DNA of 64,000 bases from an uncultured Methanosarcinaceae archaeon (lineage in GTDB: Archaea; Halobacteriota; Methanosarcinia; Methanosarcinales; Methanosarcinaceae). Where the stretch lies: positions 64,001 to 128,000 of the forward strand of contig CAWJYV010000008.1 of the NCBI GenBank assembly GCA_963847185.1. Reading direction: 5' to 3'. The translations under genes and the position numbers were made by a program. Below, piece by piece: positions 19,419 to 30,674 of this stretch (positions within the stretch are counted from its first letter, which is position 1; each line of letters starts with the position of its first letter). The notes beneath the pieces are model-generated. The model had not been told where the DNA came from and did not search any database. It saw only the letters and a list, made by a program, of their open reading frames with translations.

Positions 19419-21173
19419 TTGAAAAATCGTGAGGTTGCCGAGTTATTTTATGAAATTGCTGATATTCTTGAATACCAGCAGGTTGAGTGGAAACCAAGGG
19501 CTTACAGAAAAGCAGCCCAGATGATAGAGAATCTTGGAGAAGATATTGAGAAAATTTATGAAAAGGAAGGAAAAAAAGGACTGACTGAAATTCCAGGTGT
19601 TGGGGAATCCATTGCTGATCACATTGCAGAGTATCTGGAAACCGGTAAGGTAGAAAAATTTGAAAAGCTTGAAGAAAAAGCTCCCTCCGGCACTGTGGAG
19701 CTGATGGAAATCAGGGGTCTTGGAGCAAAGAAAATGAAAAAGCTTGCTGATGCTCTTGAGATAAGGACTCTTCAAGATCTCAAAAACGCAGTCAATACTC
19801 ACAAAATCAGAGAACTGGAGGATTTCGGAGAAAAAAGTGAAGAAAACCTCGCAAAGGCAATTGAGCAGTACGAAAAAAGTCATTCTAGAATAAATCTCGG
19901 AAAGGCACTTCCACTTGCAGAAGAGATCATTTCAGCCCTGAAAGCCGAGTGTGAAAACAGGGTATGTAAAACTGACCTCTCGAAGATAATCTATACAGGC
20001 TCACTCCGCAGATTAAAAGAAACAATCGGAGACATCGATATTCTGGCAGAAGCAGAAAAGGAAGACGCATTAAAGGTAATGGACATCTTTACCTCCCTCC
20101 CTGATGTCGAGCAAGTTGTCTTGAAAGGCAGCACAAAAAGCAGTGTTATTTTGAGGGAAGGCACAGCTATTGATCTGAGGGTAGTCCCCCCAGAAAGCTA
20201 TGGAGCAGCACTTCAATACTTTACAGGTTCAAAGGAGCATAATATAGAACTTAGAAATATTGCCATAAGAAAAGGTTACAAGCTTTCCGAATACGGACTT
20301 TATTTAAAAAATTCAGGAAAACAGGTTGCAGGTGATAGCGAAGAGGGGATCTATGAGAAACTGGGTCTCGCATATATCCTGCCAGAACTCAGGGAAAGCA
20401 GAGAAGAAATTAAAGCTGCTGCATCAAATGAACTTCCCAGACTCATAGAACCCGGAGACATCAGGGGAGATCTCCATATGCATACAAATTATAGCGAAGG
20501 GAGAGAAAGTCTCGAAACTATGTTAAGTGTAGCCGAGGCTCTTAACTATGAATATGTTGCTATAACCGACCATTCCCGTTCTCAGAGGGTTGCCGGTGGG
20601 ATGGAAATAGAAAAATTAAAAACTCAATGGAAGGAAATTGATAAACTTTCCAAACTTTTTAAGATAAAAATTCTTAAAGGTTCTGAGGTTGAGATCCTGA
20701 GGGATGGAAGTTTAGATTATCCTGATGAAGTTCTCAAAGAATTCGATATTGTTGTAGGGGCAGTGCACTCCGGCTTTTCAGCCCCTGAAGAACGAACAAC
20801 AGAAAGAATAATTACTGCTCTGGAAAACAGGCATCTTGACATTCTTGCTCATCCCTCAGGCAGGCTGCTCGGAAAAAGAAAAGCTTATGAAGTAGATTTC
20901 GAAGAAGTCTTTGAAGCAGCGGCTGCAAATGGAAAAGTAATTGAGATCAACAGTCAGCCTTCGAGACTTGATCTTAACGATGAGCTTATTCTCAGGGCAA
21001 AAGATTTCGATCTGAAGTTTTGCATCTCCACTGACAGTCATTCTATTTCGGACCTTGCCTCCATGCGATATGGACTTGGGCAGGCTCGGAGGGGCTGGAT
21101 TGAAAAAGAGGATGTTGTGAATACCTATCCTTATCATAGGCTCAACGAATTTTTCAAGAAACTTAAGACCTGA
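19419..21173 (+). CDS. polX: DNA polymerase X with C-terminal PHP domain
   Basis: RAYRKAA, HhH IPGVG, GSLRR...GDIDIL, YFTGSKEHN; PHP motifs DLHMHT, TDH and STDSH. Confidence 0.93.
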   Translation: MKNREVAELFYEIADILEYQQVEWKPRAYRKAAQMIENLGEDIEKIYEKEGKKGLTEIPGVGESIADHIAEYLETGKVEKFEKLEEKAPSGTVELMEIRGLGAKKMKKLADALEIRTLQDLKNAVNTHKIRELEDFGEKSEENLAKAIEQYEKSHSRINLGKALPLAEEIISALKAECENRVCKTDLSKIIYTGSLRRLKETIGDIDILAEAEKEDALKVMDIFTSLPDVEQVVLKGSTKSSVILREGTAIDLRVVPPESYGAALQYFTGSKEHNIELRNIAIRKGYKLSEYGLYLKNSGKQVAGDSEEGIYEKLGLAYILPELRESREEIKAAASNELPRLIEPGDIRGDLHMHTNYSEGRESLETMLSVAEALNYEYVAITDHSRSQRVAGGMEIEKLKTQWKEIDKLSKLFKIKILKGSEVEILRDGSLDYPDEVLKEFDIVVGAVHSGFSAPEERTTERIITALENRHLDILAHPSGRLLGKRKAYEVDFEEVFEAAAANGKVIEINSQPSRLDLNDELILRAKDFDLKFCISTDSHSISDLASMRYGLGQARRGWIEKEDVVNTYPYHRLNEFFKKLKT

Positions 21174-21387
21174 TAGAGTAATCTCAAAAACGATAACCTT
21201 TGAAATATCTATCTTTGAACCAATTTTCTTTAAAATAGGTAACTTTAAACAATTTCTAGAGCTGGCTAGCCATTGAAATTACCAGGTTTTTGTGCCCGGT
21301 ATCACAGGTCGGAGAAAAACTAATAAAGGAGTAAAAGTTCAAATTGATGTAAAGCTCATAAACAAAAATCAAATAAAAGGTAATATC

Positions 21388-22650
21388 ATGTTTTCAAAGG
21401 ATCTTCCCTTCACAAAAAAGGATATTCTGGAAATAATGGAAAAATATCCTACTCCGTTTCACATTTACGATGAAAGAGCCATTCTGGATAATGCCAGAAA
21501 AATGAAAGCAGCTTTCAGGGAAGTTCCCGGTTTTAAGGAATTTTTTGCCGTAAAAGCACTTCCAAATCCATTTATTCTTAAGATCCTCAAAGAAGAGGGT
21601 TTTGGCGCGGATTGCAGTTCCCTGCCTGAGTTAATCCTTGCTGAAAGAGCAGGAATGACTGGTGAAGATATTATGTTTAGCTCAAATGACACTCCTTCCG
21701 AAGAGTTCGTGAAGGCAAAAGGGCTTGGAGCTTACATAAATCTTGATGATATAAGCCATATTGACTACCTTGAGAAACATGCGGGACTTCCGGAAATCGT
21801 CTGTTTCAGGTATAATCCAGGCCCTCTTAAGGAAGGAAATGCCATCATAGGAAAACCGGAAGAAGCAAAATACGGTTTTACAAGAGACCAGCTTTTTGAG
21901 GGCTACCGCATACTCAGGGATAAGGGAGTTAAGCGTTTCGGGATGCACACAATGGTAGCCTCAAACGAGCTCAATCCTGATTATTTTGTGGAAACCGCAA
22001 GACTTCTCTTTGAACTGATAGTCGAAATCTCAAACGAGCTCGGCATAGTGTTTGAATTTGTGAATCTTGGCGGAGGCATAGGAATTCCCTACAGGCCTGA
22101 TCAGGAACCTGTTTCCTTGGAAGCCGTGGCAAAAGGTGCCAAAGAAGCTTACGAGACTACAATCACTGCAAACGGGCTGCATCCGCTTAAAGTCTTCCTT
22201 GAATGCGGTCGTGTAATTACAGGTCCCTATGGTTACCTTATTTCCCAGGTAAGGCATCTCAAGCATACTTACAAGGACTATGTTGGAATGGATTCCTGTA
22301 TGGCCAACCTGATGCGTCCGGGCATATACGGCGCTTACCATCACATAACTGTGCTTGGAAAAGAAAAGGAGGCTCCTGTCCGAAAGTACGACGTAACAGG
22401 TTCCCTCTGCGAGAACAATGATAAATTTGCAATCGACAGGCCTCTTCCTGAAATAGAAATCGGGAATATCCTAGTAATTCACGATGCTGGAGCTCATGGG
22501 CATGCGATGGGTTTCAATTACAATGGAAAACTCCGTTCTGCCGAACTTCTCCTGAGAGAGGATGGAAGCGTTGTGCAGATCCGCAGGGCAGAAACCATCG
22601 AGGACTATTTTGCAACCCTTGATTTCCAGGCTCTGGAAAACTTCAGGTGA
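21388..22650 (+). CDS. lysA: Diaminopimelate decarboxylase
   Basis: FAVKALPN PLP lysine, NLGGGIG, ECGR, GSLCENND and GFNYNG. Confidence 0.92.
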   Translation: MFSKDLPFTKKDILEIMEKYPTPFHIYDERAILDNARKMKAAFREVPGFKEFFAVKALPNPFILKILKEEGFGADCSSLPELILAERAGMTGEDIMFSSNDTPSEEFVKAKGLGAYINLDDISHIDYLEKHAGLPEIVCFRYNPGPLKEGNAIIGKPEEAKYGFTRDQLFEGYRILRDKGVKRFGMHTMVASNELNPDYFVETARLLFELIVEISNELGIVFEFVNLGGGIGIPYRPDQEPVSLEAVAKGAKEAYETTITANGLHPLKVFLECGRVITGPYGYLISQVRHLKHTYKDYVGMDSCMANLMRPGIYGAYHHITVLGKEKEAPVRKYDVTGSLCENNDKFAIDRPLPEIEIGNILVIHDAGAHGHAMGFNYNGKLRSAELLLREDGSVVQIRRAETIEDYFATLDFQALENFR

Positions 22651-22818
22651 AAGGCATTCAATAAAAGTTAGAAGTGCATTCAAAGAAATGCATTTCAAAA
22701 AAGAATCAATTAATACAGGTAGCAGCAGAAGATCTAACTGCTTACCTGAATAATCTTTTTTAGTTGGATAGATTTAATATAAACAGACTTCGACAAAACA
22801 GGTCTAAAACTTTATTTC

Positions 22819-23373
22819 TCAACCTTTTCTCGTGGATTCCCGATCAAAGAAGATATTCTTTCCTTTCACACTTAGAGGAAGTCCCATAGCCACATCTGCA
22901 TCTATCATTTTGAAGTAACAGGCAGCAGCGCCTGCGGAATAAAGGACGCGGTTGTCAATACAGAGATCTTTTGCCTTTGCAGCTGCAGATCCAACGGCAA
23001 TCCCAAGATCAAGGTACTTAATCATACACTGAGGACCGAGAAACTCTTTTTGCACTTTTTCGTGCTCAAGCATTTCCTTACAGGTTCCAAATCCGCAGCC
23101 CCCGCAGTCCAGATTGCTCACTCCGGATGCCTTTAAACCTATAAGAATAATGGCGTCAGAATCTCTTAAGTTTTGAGCATCCCTGATGAGAAACTTCAGG
23201 TTTTTGATTTCGCTCAACTCTTCCATTCTATTTGCAAGTTCGGATTTCTCTTCAGGAGAAAGTAGAAAGGTTACAATATCGTCTATACCTTTACCTTTAG
23301 GAGCTGTCCGGGCTGCGGTGAGGATAATTTTAGCAAGCATATCAAGCGATTCGAGTTCAGGATTCAATTTCAT
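22819..23373 (-). CDS. Ferredoxin-domain protein (DUF2148-like)
   Basis: ARTAPKGKGIDD, DCGGCGFGTC, DLGIAVGSA and GKNIFFDR. Confidence 0.8.
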   Translation of the reverse strand: MKLNPELESLDMLAKIILTAARTAPKGKGIDDIVTFLLSPEEKSELANRMEELSEIKNLKFLIRDAQNLRDSDAIILIGLKASGVSNLDCGGCGFGTCKEMLEHEKVQKEFLGPQCMIKYLDLGIAVGSAAAKAKDLCIDNRVLYSAGAAACYFKMIDADVAMGLPLSVKGKNIFFDRESTRKG

Positions 23374-23487
23374 GAGAAGAAGTTGGAAATAATATTATTT
23401 ATATTCTGAACCACCCAAGGAAGGAGTTTGACTTTAGCTTTTTACAAAATTATTTAGATGCTCAGAACGATATATTAATGATCACAT

Positions 23488-23826
23488 ATGACTCCTGAGG
23501 AAGCTGCAAAAAGAAAAAAAGAATGGGTAGCAAAGATGAAACGCGAAGGCAAAATGAAAGAGGACATGACCGAAGATCATAAAGCCTGCCTCAATGCCCT
23601 TCAGAATCCTGTCCGCAGAAATATCCTTAAAGCCCTGGTTGGGCAGAAGAAATCCTTAGAAGAGATCAAAACCGAGTTCAAGCTTACGGATTCTCAGGCA
23701 AGTTACAATCTTAATATGCTCGAAAGTACTCTCTGCATCGAAAAAGAAGAAAAGGAAAGGGTTACACATTATTTCCTGACTCCAAGGGGAGAAGGATATG
23801 TGGAAAATGTGGAATTGAAAAAATGA
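23488..23826 (+). CDS. Winged helix-turn-helix (ArsR-like) protein
   Basis: ALQNPVRRNILKAL...SYNLNMLE...YFLTPRG. Confidence 0.8.
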   Translation: MTPEEAAKRKKEWVAKMKREGKMKEDMTEDHKACLNALQNPVRRNILKALVGQKKSLEEIKTEFKLTDSQASYNLNMLESTLCIEKEEKERVTHYFLTPRGEGYVENVELKK

Positions 23827-23905
23827 AGCAGGACTCAAGAATATCTTTTGTTCCATGCTTGAGAATCTGCTTTAATATTGGTTATAAGGGCTTAAACAAA
23901 AGGAC

Positions 23906-25072
<1,167 letters not shown>

Positions 25073-25415
25073 TCATTCCTCAATGTTAATTGTAAGTTTA
25101 TTTTTAAAATTACCAAGATATAAATCTGGATTTACGGCTTATTAAGCTCAAAAGAGCCAGTATAATTTTATCTAATCGATACTTCCAGCCAAATTACCGT
25201 ATCTGAAGTTTTCTTTGTATTAAATCAGAATACGCAGAGAATTAATAAAAAAGTATTCCAAAGAGTTAGAAGACTTATATAAAGTAAAGGCTTGCTAAAA
25301 AATACCCCGAGGTCCGCAAGCAAGAAAACTCTGGACCAGTTGAAAAAGAAGGCAAAACGTCTCCTTAAAGACGTTCTTCAGCCATTTTCAATTATTCCTA
25401 AAGTGTTTTGGTATT

Positions 25416-25697
25416 TCAGGCATTTACCGCTTTGCTAAAGACATCAATAAATTCATCACACTCAGCGATAATTATCGAAGCTGCATCCTTTAAGACCTCA
25501 ATAGGGTCAGCACCGTTATTGGTTTTTATGTAAAGGATAGGGTCACTAATGCTTACGTGTTTCATGTCATAAAAGGCAATCTCAACTCTTTCGTCTTTGA
25601 TCAGGAGATCTTTAAGCATATTGAGAAGAGTGTGAGTTTCGCCTTTGAGCTCAACTTCAAGCTCGTTTTCTGTTTTGGAAAGAATATTTAGTTCCAT
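25416..25697 (-). CDS. rpoL: RNA polymerase subunit L (Rpo11)
   Basis: GETHTLLNML motif; GGTGA RBS; adjacent to csl4. Confidence 0.93.
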   Translation of the reverse strand: MELNILSKTENELEVELKGETHTLLNMLKDLLIKDERVEIAFYDMKHVSISDPILYIKTNNGADPIEVLKDAASIIIAECDEFIDVFSKAVNA

Positions 25698-25773
25698 TGA
25701 TAATCACCTGTAAATGGTGAGTGATATTTTTACTCTGAAGAAACCTTTACTTTTTCAGGAGAGGGGAGAAAAT

Positions 25774-26754
25774 TTATTTGATCCCTTTCCCGTACTCAGT
25801 TGAGATTTTACGAGTTTCAACCATATTGCAGATCGGGCATTTAAGCTTTTTCCCTTCAAGTACCAGTTCTCCTCTGCAATTAGAGCAATAAGCCTTCACG
25901 ACTCCGAGGGAATCTTCAGCTGTGGTCAGGCGCATTCTGTCAGCATCGACGACTCTGGCCCTGATTATGTCGGAGGGTCTGAACTCGTCTGCAAGTCTTT
26001 TTACGTAAGAATCCCTTACATTTGATACATGAACGTCACCAAGCCTTAAGTTTACGATTTCCCTGCTTTCTTTACCTTCAATTCCTGCAACTTCCACCAT
26101 TGCCCCGGATTCACGCACATCTGTGATTCTTCCATATACAATATCTCCCACTTTAAGAATATTGGGAGTAAGGGTATTTGGCTTGACCGAAACTATTCTG
26201 GCTTTTCGATCAATCCTCACATTTCCGGTGGCAGTAGAGAGAATATCTCCTGCAGAAATGGCTGCTCCACTTCCTGGTTTGAACTCCTCTGTTGTTCCAA
26301 TAAGTTCGCCTGGAATGACAAATTTTCCTACTTCAAGCTCACTTTCAGGCGTCTCTCTATCGCGGGGAGTCCTGTAATCAGCAGTGTCTCTATTATCTCT
26401 GGGAGTTTTCTTTGGATAAGGAGCCCGCCTTTTTTTGCCCTGATCTCGAGCCTGATCTCTGGGCTGACTCTTATATTGGTCTCGAGCCTGATCTCTTGAT
26501 TGCCCCTTATACTGGTCCCTTGCCTGATCTTTAAATTGGTCTCGAGCCTGATCTCTTGACTGCCCCTTATACTGGTCCCTTGCCTGATCTTTAAATTGGT
26601 CTCGAGCCTGATCCCTTGGCTGCCCCTTATACTGGTCCCTTGAGTAATCCTTATTTTCTGAAGCAACCTGAGTTTCTTTCTCAGAAACCGGCTTTTCTTC
26701 TCTTGGACCTGTCAATTTCTTCCTTGTAGTCTTATTTTTTCGGATTCTAATCAT
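25774..26754 (-). CDS. csl4: Exosome RNA-binding protein Csl4 with repetitive N-terminal extension
   Basis: FVIPGELIG, S1 domain, LGVVKAYCSNC...CPIC Zn ribbon, ETRKIS. Confidence 0.92.
   Translation of the reverse strand: MIRIRKNKTTRKKLTGPREEKPVSEKETQVASENKDYSRDQYKGQPRDQARDQFKDQARDQYKGQSRDQARDQFKDQARDQYKGQSRDQARDQYKSQPRDQARDQGKKRRAPYPKKTPRDNRDTADYRTPRDRETPESELEVGKFVIPGELIGTTEEFKPGSGAAISAGDILSTATGNVRIDRKARIVSVKPNTLTPNILKVGDIVYGRITDVRESGAMVEVAGIEGKESREIVNLRLGDVHVSNVRDSYVKRLADEFRPSDIIRARVVDADRMRLTTAEDSLGVVKAYCSNCRGELVLEGKKLKCPICNMVETRKISTEYGKGIK
26441..26640. repeat. 60-bp coding tandem repeat (about 3 copies) in csl4
   Basis: Lines 26461, 26521 and 26581 are near-identical; encodes RDQYKGQ(S/P)RDQARDQFKDQA. 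Confidence 0.9.
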
Positions 26755-26812
26755 GATCCCTCGTTATAATTATCATTAGTAGCGGATATCTCGTAACCGT
26801 ATCGATTCATGA

Positions 26813-26895
26813 ATTAAGTTCTTAGAGTATTGTCAAATATTAAGTTCTTAGAGTATTGTCAAATATTAAGTTCTTAGAGTATTGTCAAATATTAA
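26813..26895. repeat. 26-bp intergenic tandem repeat x3 upstream of csl4
   Basis: ATTAAGTTCTTAGAGTATTGTCAAAT at 26813, 26839 and 26865, then degenerate fragments to about 26950. Confidence 0.95.
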
Positions 26896-27029
26896 TATCA
26901 AGTGTCAAATACTAATATCAAGTATTAGATCTACCAAGTATTAGATCCCAAATATATTCACCTTTTGAAATAAAGCCCTGAGGCATGATGCTATAAAGCG
27001 TGAAGCTGAAACAGTACTGAATTCCGAAT

Positions 27030-27623
27030 TCATTCAGAGACAGTGATCCTGTAGATCTCTACTTCAATCACTTCTCTTTCCTTTTTATGAAAGTCGAAGG
27101 TTCGTTTTATAGGGAACTTCGCAACGTAAGAATGTGTAATGATCGCAGGCTTAATGAACTTTTGGATAAAAGCAAGGCTTCCACGATTGTGAATTGAATA
27201 TATTACTTCACTTGTTCTTAATGCTGACGAAAGAAATGGCCTGTCTCTTCCCTTTGTCCTTGCCCCGAACGGAGGGTTCATAAGCGTCGTTTTTACGTGT
27301 TCCGTGACTTCCGTAATATCCGAAAGTACAAACTCAACTTCTGCTTCAAGCCTTCTGGCGTTTTCTTTTGCAATTTCAAGTGCTTTTGGGTCCGTATCGT
27401 ACCCCACAGCCTTTCTGGCTCCCAGCAGTTTTGCCCCGATTGCAAGGATCCCTGTCCCACAGCCCAGATCCTGGACCGAGTCCTCAAGATCCCCCTGCAT
27501 ATAAGCGAAATGCAGAATCTCTGCAGCTAGAAGAGAGGGAGTCTGGTACTGCTCCAGCTCAAGTTCCGGATCGGAAAATCCCTCTATTTCTTCAAGCAGT
27601 ATTTCAAGTTTTCTTTGTTTCAT
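27030..27623 (-). CDS. METTL5-family SAM methyltransferase
   Basis: LEQYQTP, DLGCGTG, NPPFG and FDFHKK. Confidence 0.9.
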   Translation of the reverse strand: MKQRKLEILLEEIEGFSDPELELEQYQTPSLLAAEILHFAYMQGDLEDSVQDLGCGTGILAIGAKLLGARKAVGYDTDPKALEIAKENARRLEAEVEFVLSDITEVTEHVKTTLMNPPFGARTKGRDRPFLSSALRTSEVIYSIHNRGSLAFIQKFIKPAIITHSYVAKFPIKRTFDFHKKEREVIEVEIYRITVSE

Positions 27624-27703
27624 TTCATTCCGACTTCAATTTCTTAAATAAACCAGATTTTAATTTCTTATATCAAACCTGATCTAATCCCTGAATTAGA
27701 AGT

Positions 27704-28711
27704 TTATACTGGATCTTCTGTAATTTCATCGAGCACAAGCTTTTCCCATTCCCTTTCTCCAAGGACAATCTCAAACTCCTGAGGTGTAAGCATAGGAGAC
27801 GGGAAACGCCCTACCTCATCAACAGCAAGCCTTGGACAGGCTGTATTTACGAAAGCGTCCACTTTAAACTGGAGTAACTGGTCAGGAGTAACCAGATCAA
27901 TCAGGATTAGATATGCTTCTTTTCCATGCTTTTTTGCAAGTTCCTTCAAAGAAGAAGCAAGTCCCATTCTTTTCTGCCCGTTTTTGCTTGAAACTATTAT
28001 CCCGAAGACCTTAGCATCCAGAGACTTTGCGATTACCGCACTCCTCTGACGGAGAACTCTTGAAGGATCAACCTCGCGAACCTCTCCTGAAAGAGGGTCA
28101 GCTGCAAGAACGCGTTTCTTTGTGGAAAGAGCTACACCTAAAGGATGGAAATCTCCGCTTCCTATGTAAAGGTACTCATCGCAGCTTTCAGCCCTTGCTG
28201 CCGAAAAGTTACAGCCCAGCACCTGCCCGGGATAGGCAAGTCTGGAATCCCCATGCCCGATCACACAGATCTTTCCACTGGCCTCAAGGACAGCGCAGGC
28301 TTCAGGCAGTTTATGGACGTGCTGAACCGTGGTAATCAGCCCTATTTTCTGCCCTTCAAGCTCAGGCACAGCTTTTTCAACAACAGGCCGGACATCAACT
28401 GCAGAACGTGTTTCTATGAAATAAACCTTCTCTGAGAGTTTTGCGTCCTCAAGTTCCGCATGCCCAAAGTGGAAGAGAATTTCCACCTGCTCAAGCAAGG
28501 TGCTGTCCAGGTCACAGGCCCCAAAGCAGGGATCTCCGGAAATGAGAATTTCAGCTCCAGTAGCCTCCTCTACTCTTTTTGCAAGCTCAGCACCTTTTCT
28601 TTTGAGCCCCTCAGGAAACTGAAAGCCAACTGTCTTTGCTCCCGACTTCCTGATCACATTAATAATATATTCAGGCCTTAAGTCAAAAGCTTCACTGATC
28701 CCCAAAGACAT
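27704..28711 (-). CDS. dph2: Diphthamide biosynthesis protein Dph2
   Basis: QFPEGLK, CFGACD, GQVLGC and TACPR Fe-S cysteines; overlaps the hpt stop. Confidence 0.93.
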   Translation of the reverse strand: MSLGISEAFDLRPEYIINVIRKSGAKTVGFQFPEGLKRKGAELAKRVEEATGAEILISGDPCFGACDLDSTLLEQVEILFHFGHAELEDAKLSEKVYFIETRSAVDVRPVVEKAVPELEGQKIGLITTVQHVHKLPEACAVLEASGKICVIGHGDSRLAYPGQVLGCNFSAARAESCDEYLYIGSGDFHPLGVALSTKKRVLAADPLSGEVREVDPSRVLRQRSAVIAKSLDAKVFGIIVSSKNGQKRMGLASSLKELAKKHGKEAYLILIDLVTPDQLLQFKVDAFVNTACPRLAVDEVGRFPSPMLTPQEFEIVLGEREWEKLVLDEITEDPV

Positions 28712-29264
28712 TCTGAATCTCCACACCTTTCTCGCTCACATCAATTGTGACGAGAATCTTGGGTTCAACCCCAAGCTCCTTTATTTTTAAATAGCCGTCT
28801 CCTCTTCCGATAACTGAAATCACATCAAGGATCTCAACACCCATGTTCTTCAGTGCCTTCACGAGTGCGAGTAATGTTCCACCAGTACTGATTACATCAT
28901 CCACGATAATTACTCTGTCTCCTTTCTTAAGCCCATTTATATAAAGGGCTCCTTTTGAGTACCCCGTGCTCTGAGAAAGCTCAACTTCTCCTTCAAGGAA
29001 ATAAGGCCTCTTCCGAACAATAGTCAAAGGAATTCCTGTTTTCAGAGAAAGGGCATTTGCTACTGGAATACCCATAGCCTCAATCGTAAGAATGGTGTCG
29101 ATCTTCTTAATATCGGTAATCTGGAGAATATATTCTGCGATCTCCTCAACCATATGGGGGTCTATTGAAGGTACGCCGTCAGATATCGGATGGATAAAGT
29201 AATTGTATTCTCCTCGCTTGATTATAGGAGAATTGATGAGGGAGCTTTTAAGTCTTTCAAGCAT
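28692..29264 (-). CDS. hpt: Hypoxanthine/guanine phosphoribosyltransferase (archaeal)
   Basis: [17 protein letters not shown] and [11 protein letters not shown]. Confidence 0.92.
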   Translation of the reverse strand: MLERLKSSLINSPIIKRGEYNYFIHPISDGVPSIDPHMVEEIAEYILQITDIKKIDTILTIEAMGIPVANALSLKTGIPLTIVRKRPYFLEGEVELSQSTGYSKGALYINGLKKGDRVIIVDDVISTGGTLLALVKALKNMGVEILDVISVIGRGDGYLKIKELGVEPKILVTIDVSEKGVEIQNVFGDQ

Positions 29265-29631
29265 AGTATTAACTTCCTTTGGCTTTTATAATGTCCTGTA
29301 AGTGGTAATCTGGTTTAAATAATTCCTTTGAAGAATCCCGCAATATTATCGTAAGTCAGATACATTGTCACATATAAGCAGGCATACATATGCGAACATA
29401 CTATGGAAGGAGGAAAAATTAATTTCAGGAAAAATCAAAGTACAATAAATAACTTTGGTTTTTCTAATCCGTGCATCTAGCCTCATGAAAACTAACAGTA
29501 AATAATCATATCAGTATTAATAAGTTTAAGGATAAATCTGAAGCAAATAAGATAATCAGAAAATTTGAAGAAACTGTGCGTATAAAAGGTGTGTGTATAA
29601 AAGGAAATATTATAAAGTAAAGATTAAAAAA

Positions 29632-30561
29632 TCAAGGACAGACAATAGTATCAAAAAGTCCTGCTACTAATTCTGCCAGTTCCTTGCTCTTTTCAATAGA
29701 GGTCATCAGGGTGTCGGCACGGGCAGCGCGGCATCCAAGTCGTTCAAATGCGAATTCGTCTGCCTGATCTCTTTCATCAAAAACAAAAATATCCAGGAAG
29801 TCCTGATAATATTCTGCAACCCCCATTGAGGAGACTTCAAGCCCACAGGCCTGCATAAGCTTTCCGGCAGGTCCGCTTACAGGGGCATTTCCAATAATGG
29901 GGCTAACTGCAACGACCTTTTTCTTTTCCAGTATTTCTTTCATTCCCGGAAGAGAAATAATAGGACCTATACTCGTAATTGGGTTACTTGGGCCTATAAG
30001 GACTTTATCGTCGTTTTCAAGAGCTTCGAGTACCTTTGGAGATATTGAAGCTTCAGGAATTCCCCTTATGTCAACTCCGAGAACCTCGGGCTCCCCATGT
30101 TTTCCGACCCAGAAATCCTGGAAATGCATGATACCTTCAGGGGTTTCTATATAAGTAGAAACAGGATCATCAGACATTGGCAAAATTCTTGCGTCAATTC
30201 CGAAAACGGAAGCGAGTTTTAAAGTTGCCTCTGTGAGGGAACCTCCATCCCTTATTAAATTCGAGCGAATGATATGGGTTGCCCGGTCTTTGTCTCCTAG
30301 CTTCATATTTTCATTGACTCCCAGTTCCTGCATGCGCTCATAGGTCTCAAAGGAGTCGTCTTTTATTCCCCACCATCTCTTCCTGTCAATCTGATCCGAG
30401 AACAGGTAGAGTACCGTATCCAGATCCGGACAGATCAGGTTTCCCGAAATCCAGAGATCTTCGGCAGTATTTACAACAACGGTCAGTTCCTCTTCTGGGA
30501 GGATTTCCTTGAGTCCTTCAAGGAGCTTTGGAGTTCCGGTGCCGCCTGAAAATATAATCAT
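29632..30561 (-). CDS. cofD: 2-phospho-L-lactate transferase (F420 biosynthesis)
   Basis: SGGTGTPK, PDLDTVLY, GDKDRATH, HFQDFWV, GPSNP and SGPAGKLM. Confidence 0.95.
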   Translation of the reverse strand: MIIFSGGTGTPKLLEGLKEILPEEELTVVVNTAEDLWISGNLICPDLDTVLYLFSDQIDRKRWWGIKDDSFETYERMQELGVNENMKLGDKDRATHIIRSNLIRDGGSLTEATLKLASVFGIDARILPMSDDPVSTYIETPEGIMHFQDFWVGKHGEPEVLGVDIRGIPEASISPKVLEALENDDKVLIGPSNPITSIGPIISLPGMKEILEKKKVVAVSPIIGNAPVSGPAGKLMQACGLEVSSMGVAEYYQDFLDIFVFDERDQADEFAFERLGCRAARADTLMTSIEKSKELAELVAGLFDTIVCP

Positions 30562-30674
30562 GATAATACCTTTCCAGATTTTTTTAAATATTCGGATAGA
30601 GGGTACTTCTGCAGGTATTAATAGCATTTGAGTAATAGTAACAGCAATATATAATGACATCTGTCTAAAGAATT

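Noticed and set aside
26813-26895. Possible CRISPR array
   Set aside because: Units are directly adjacent with no spacers, and there are no cas genes in the window
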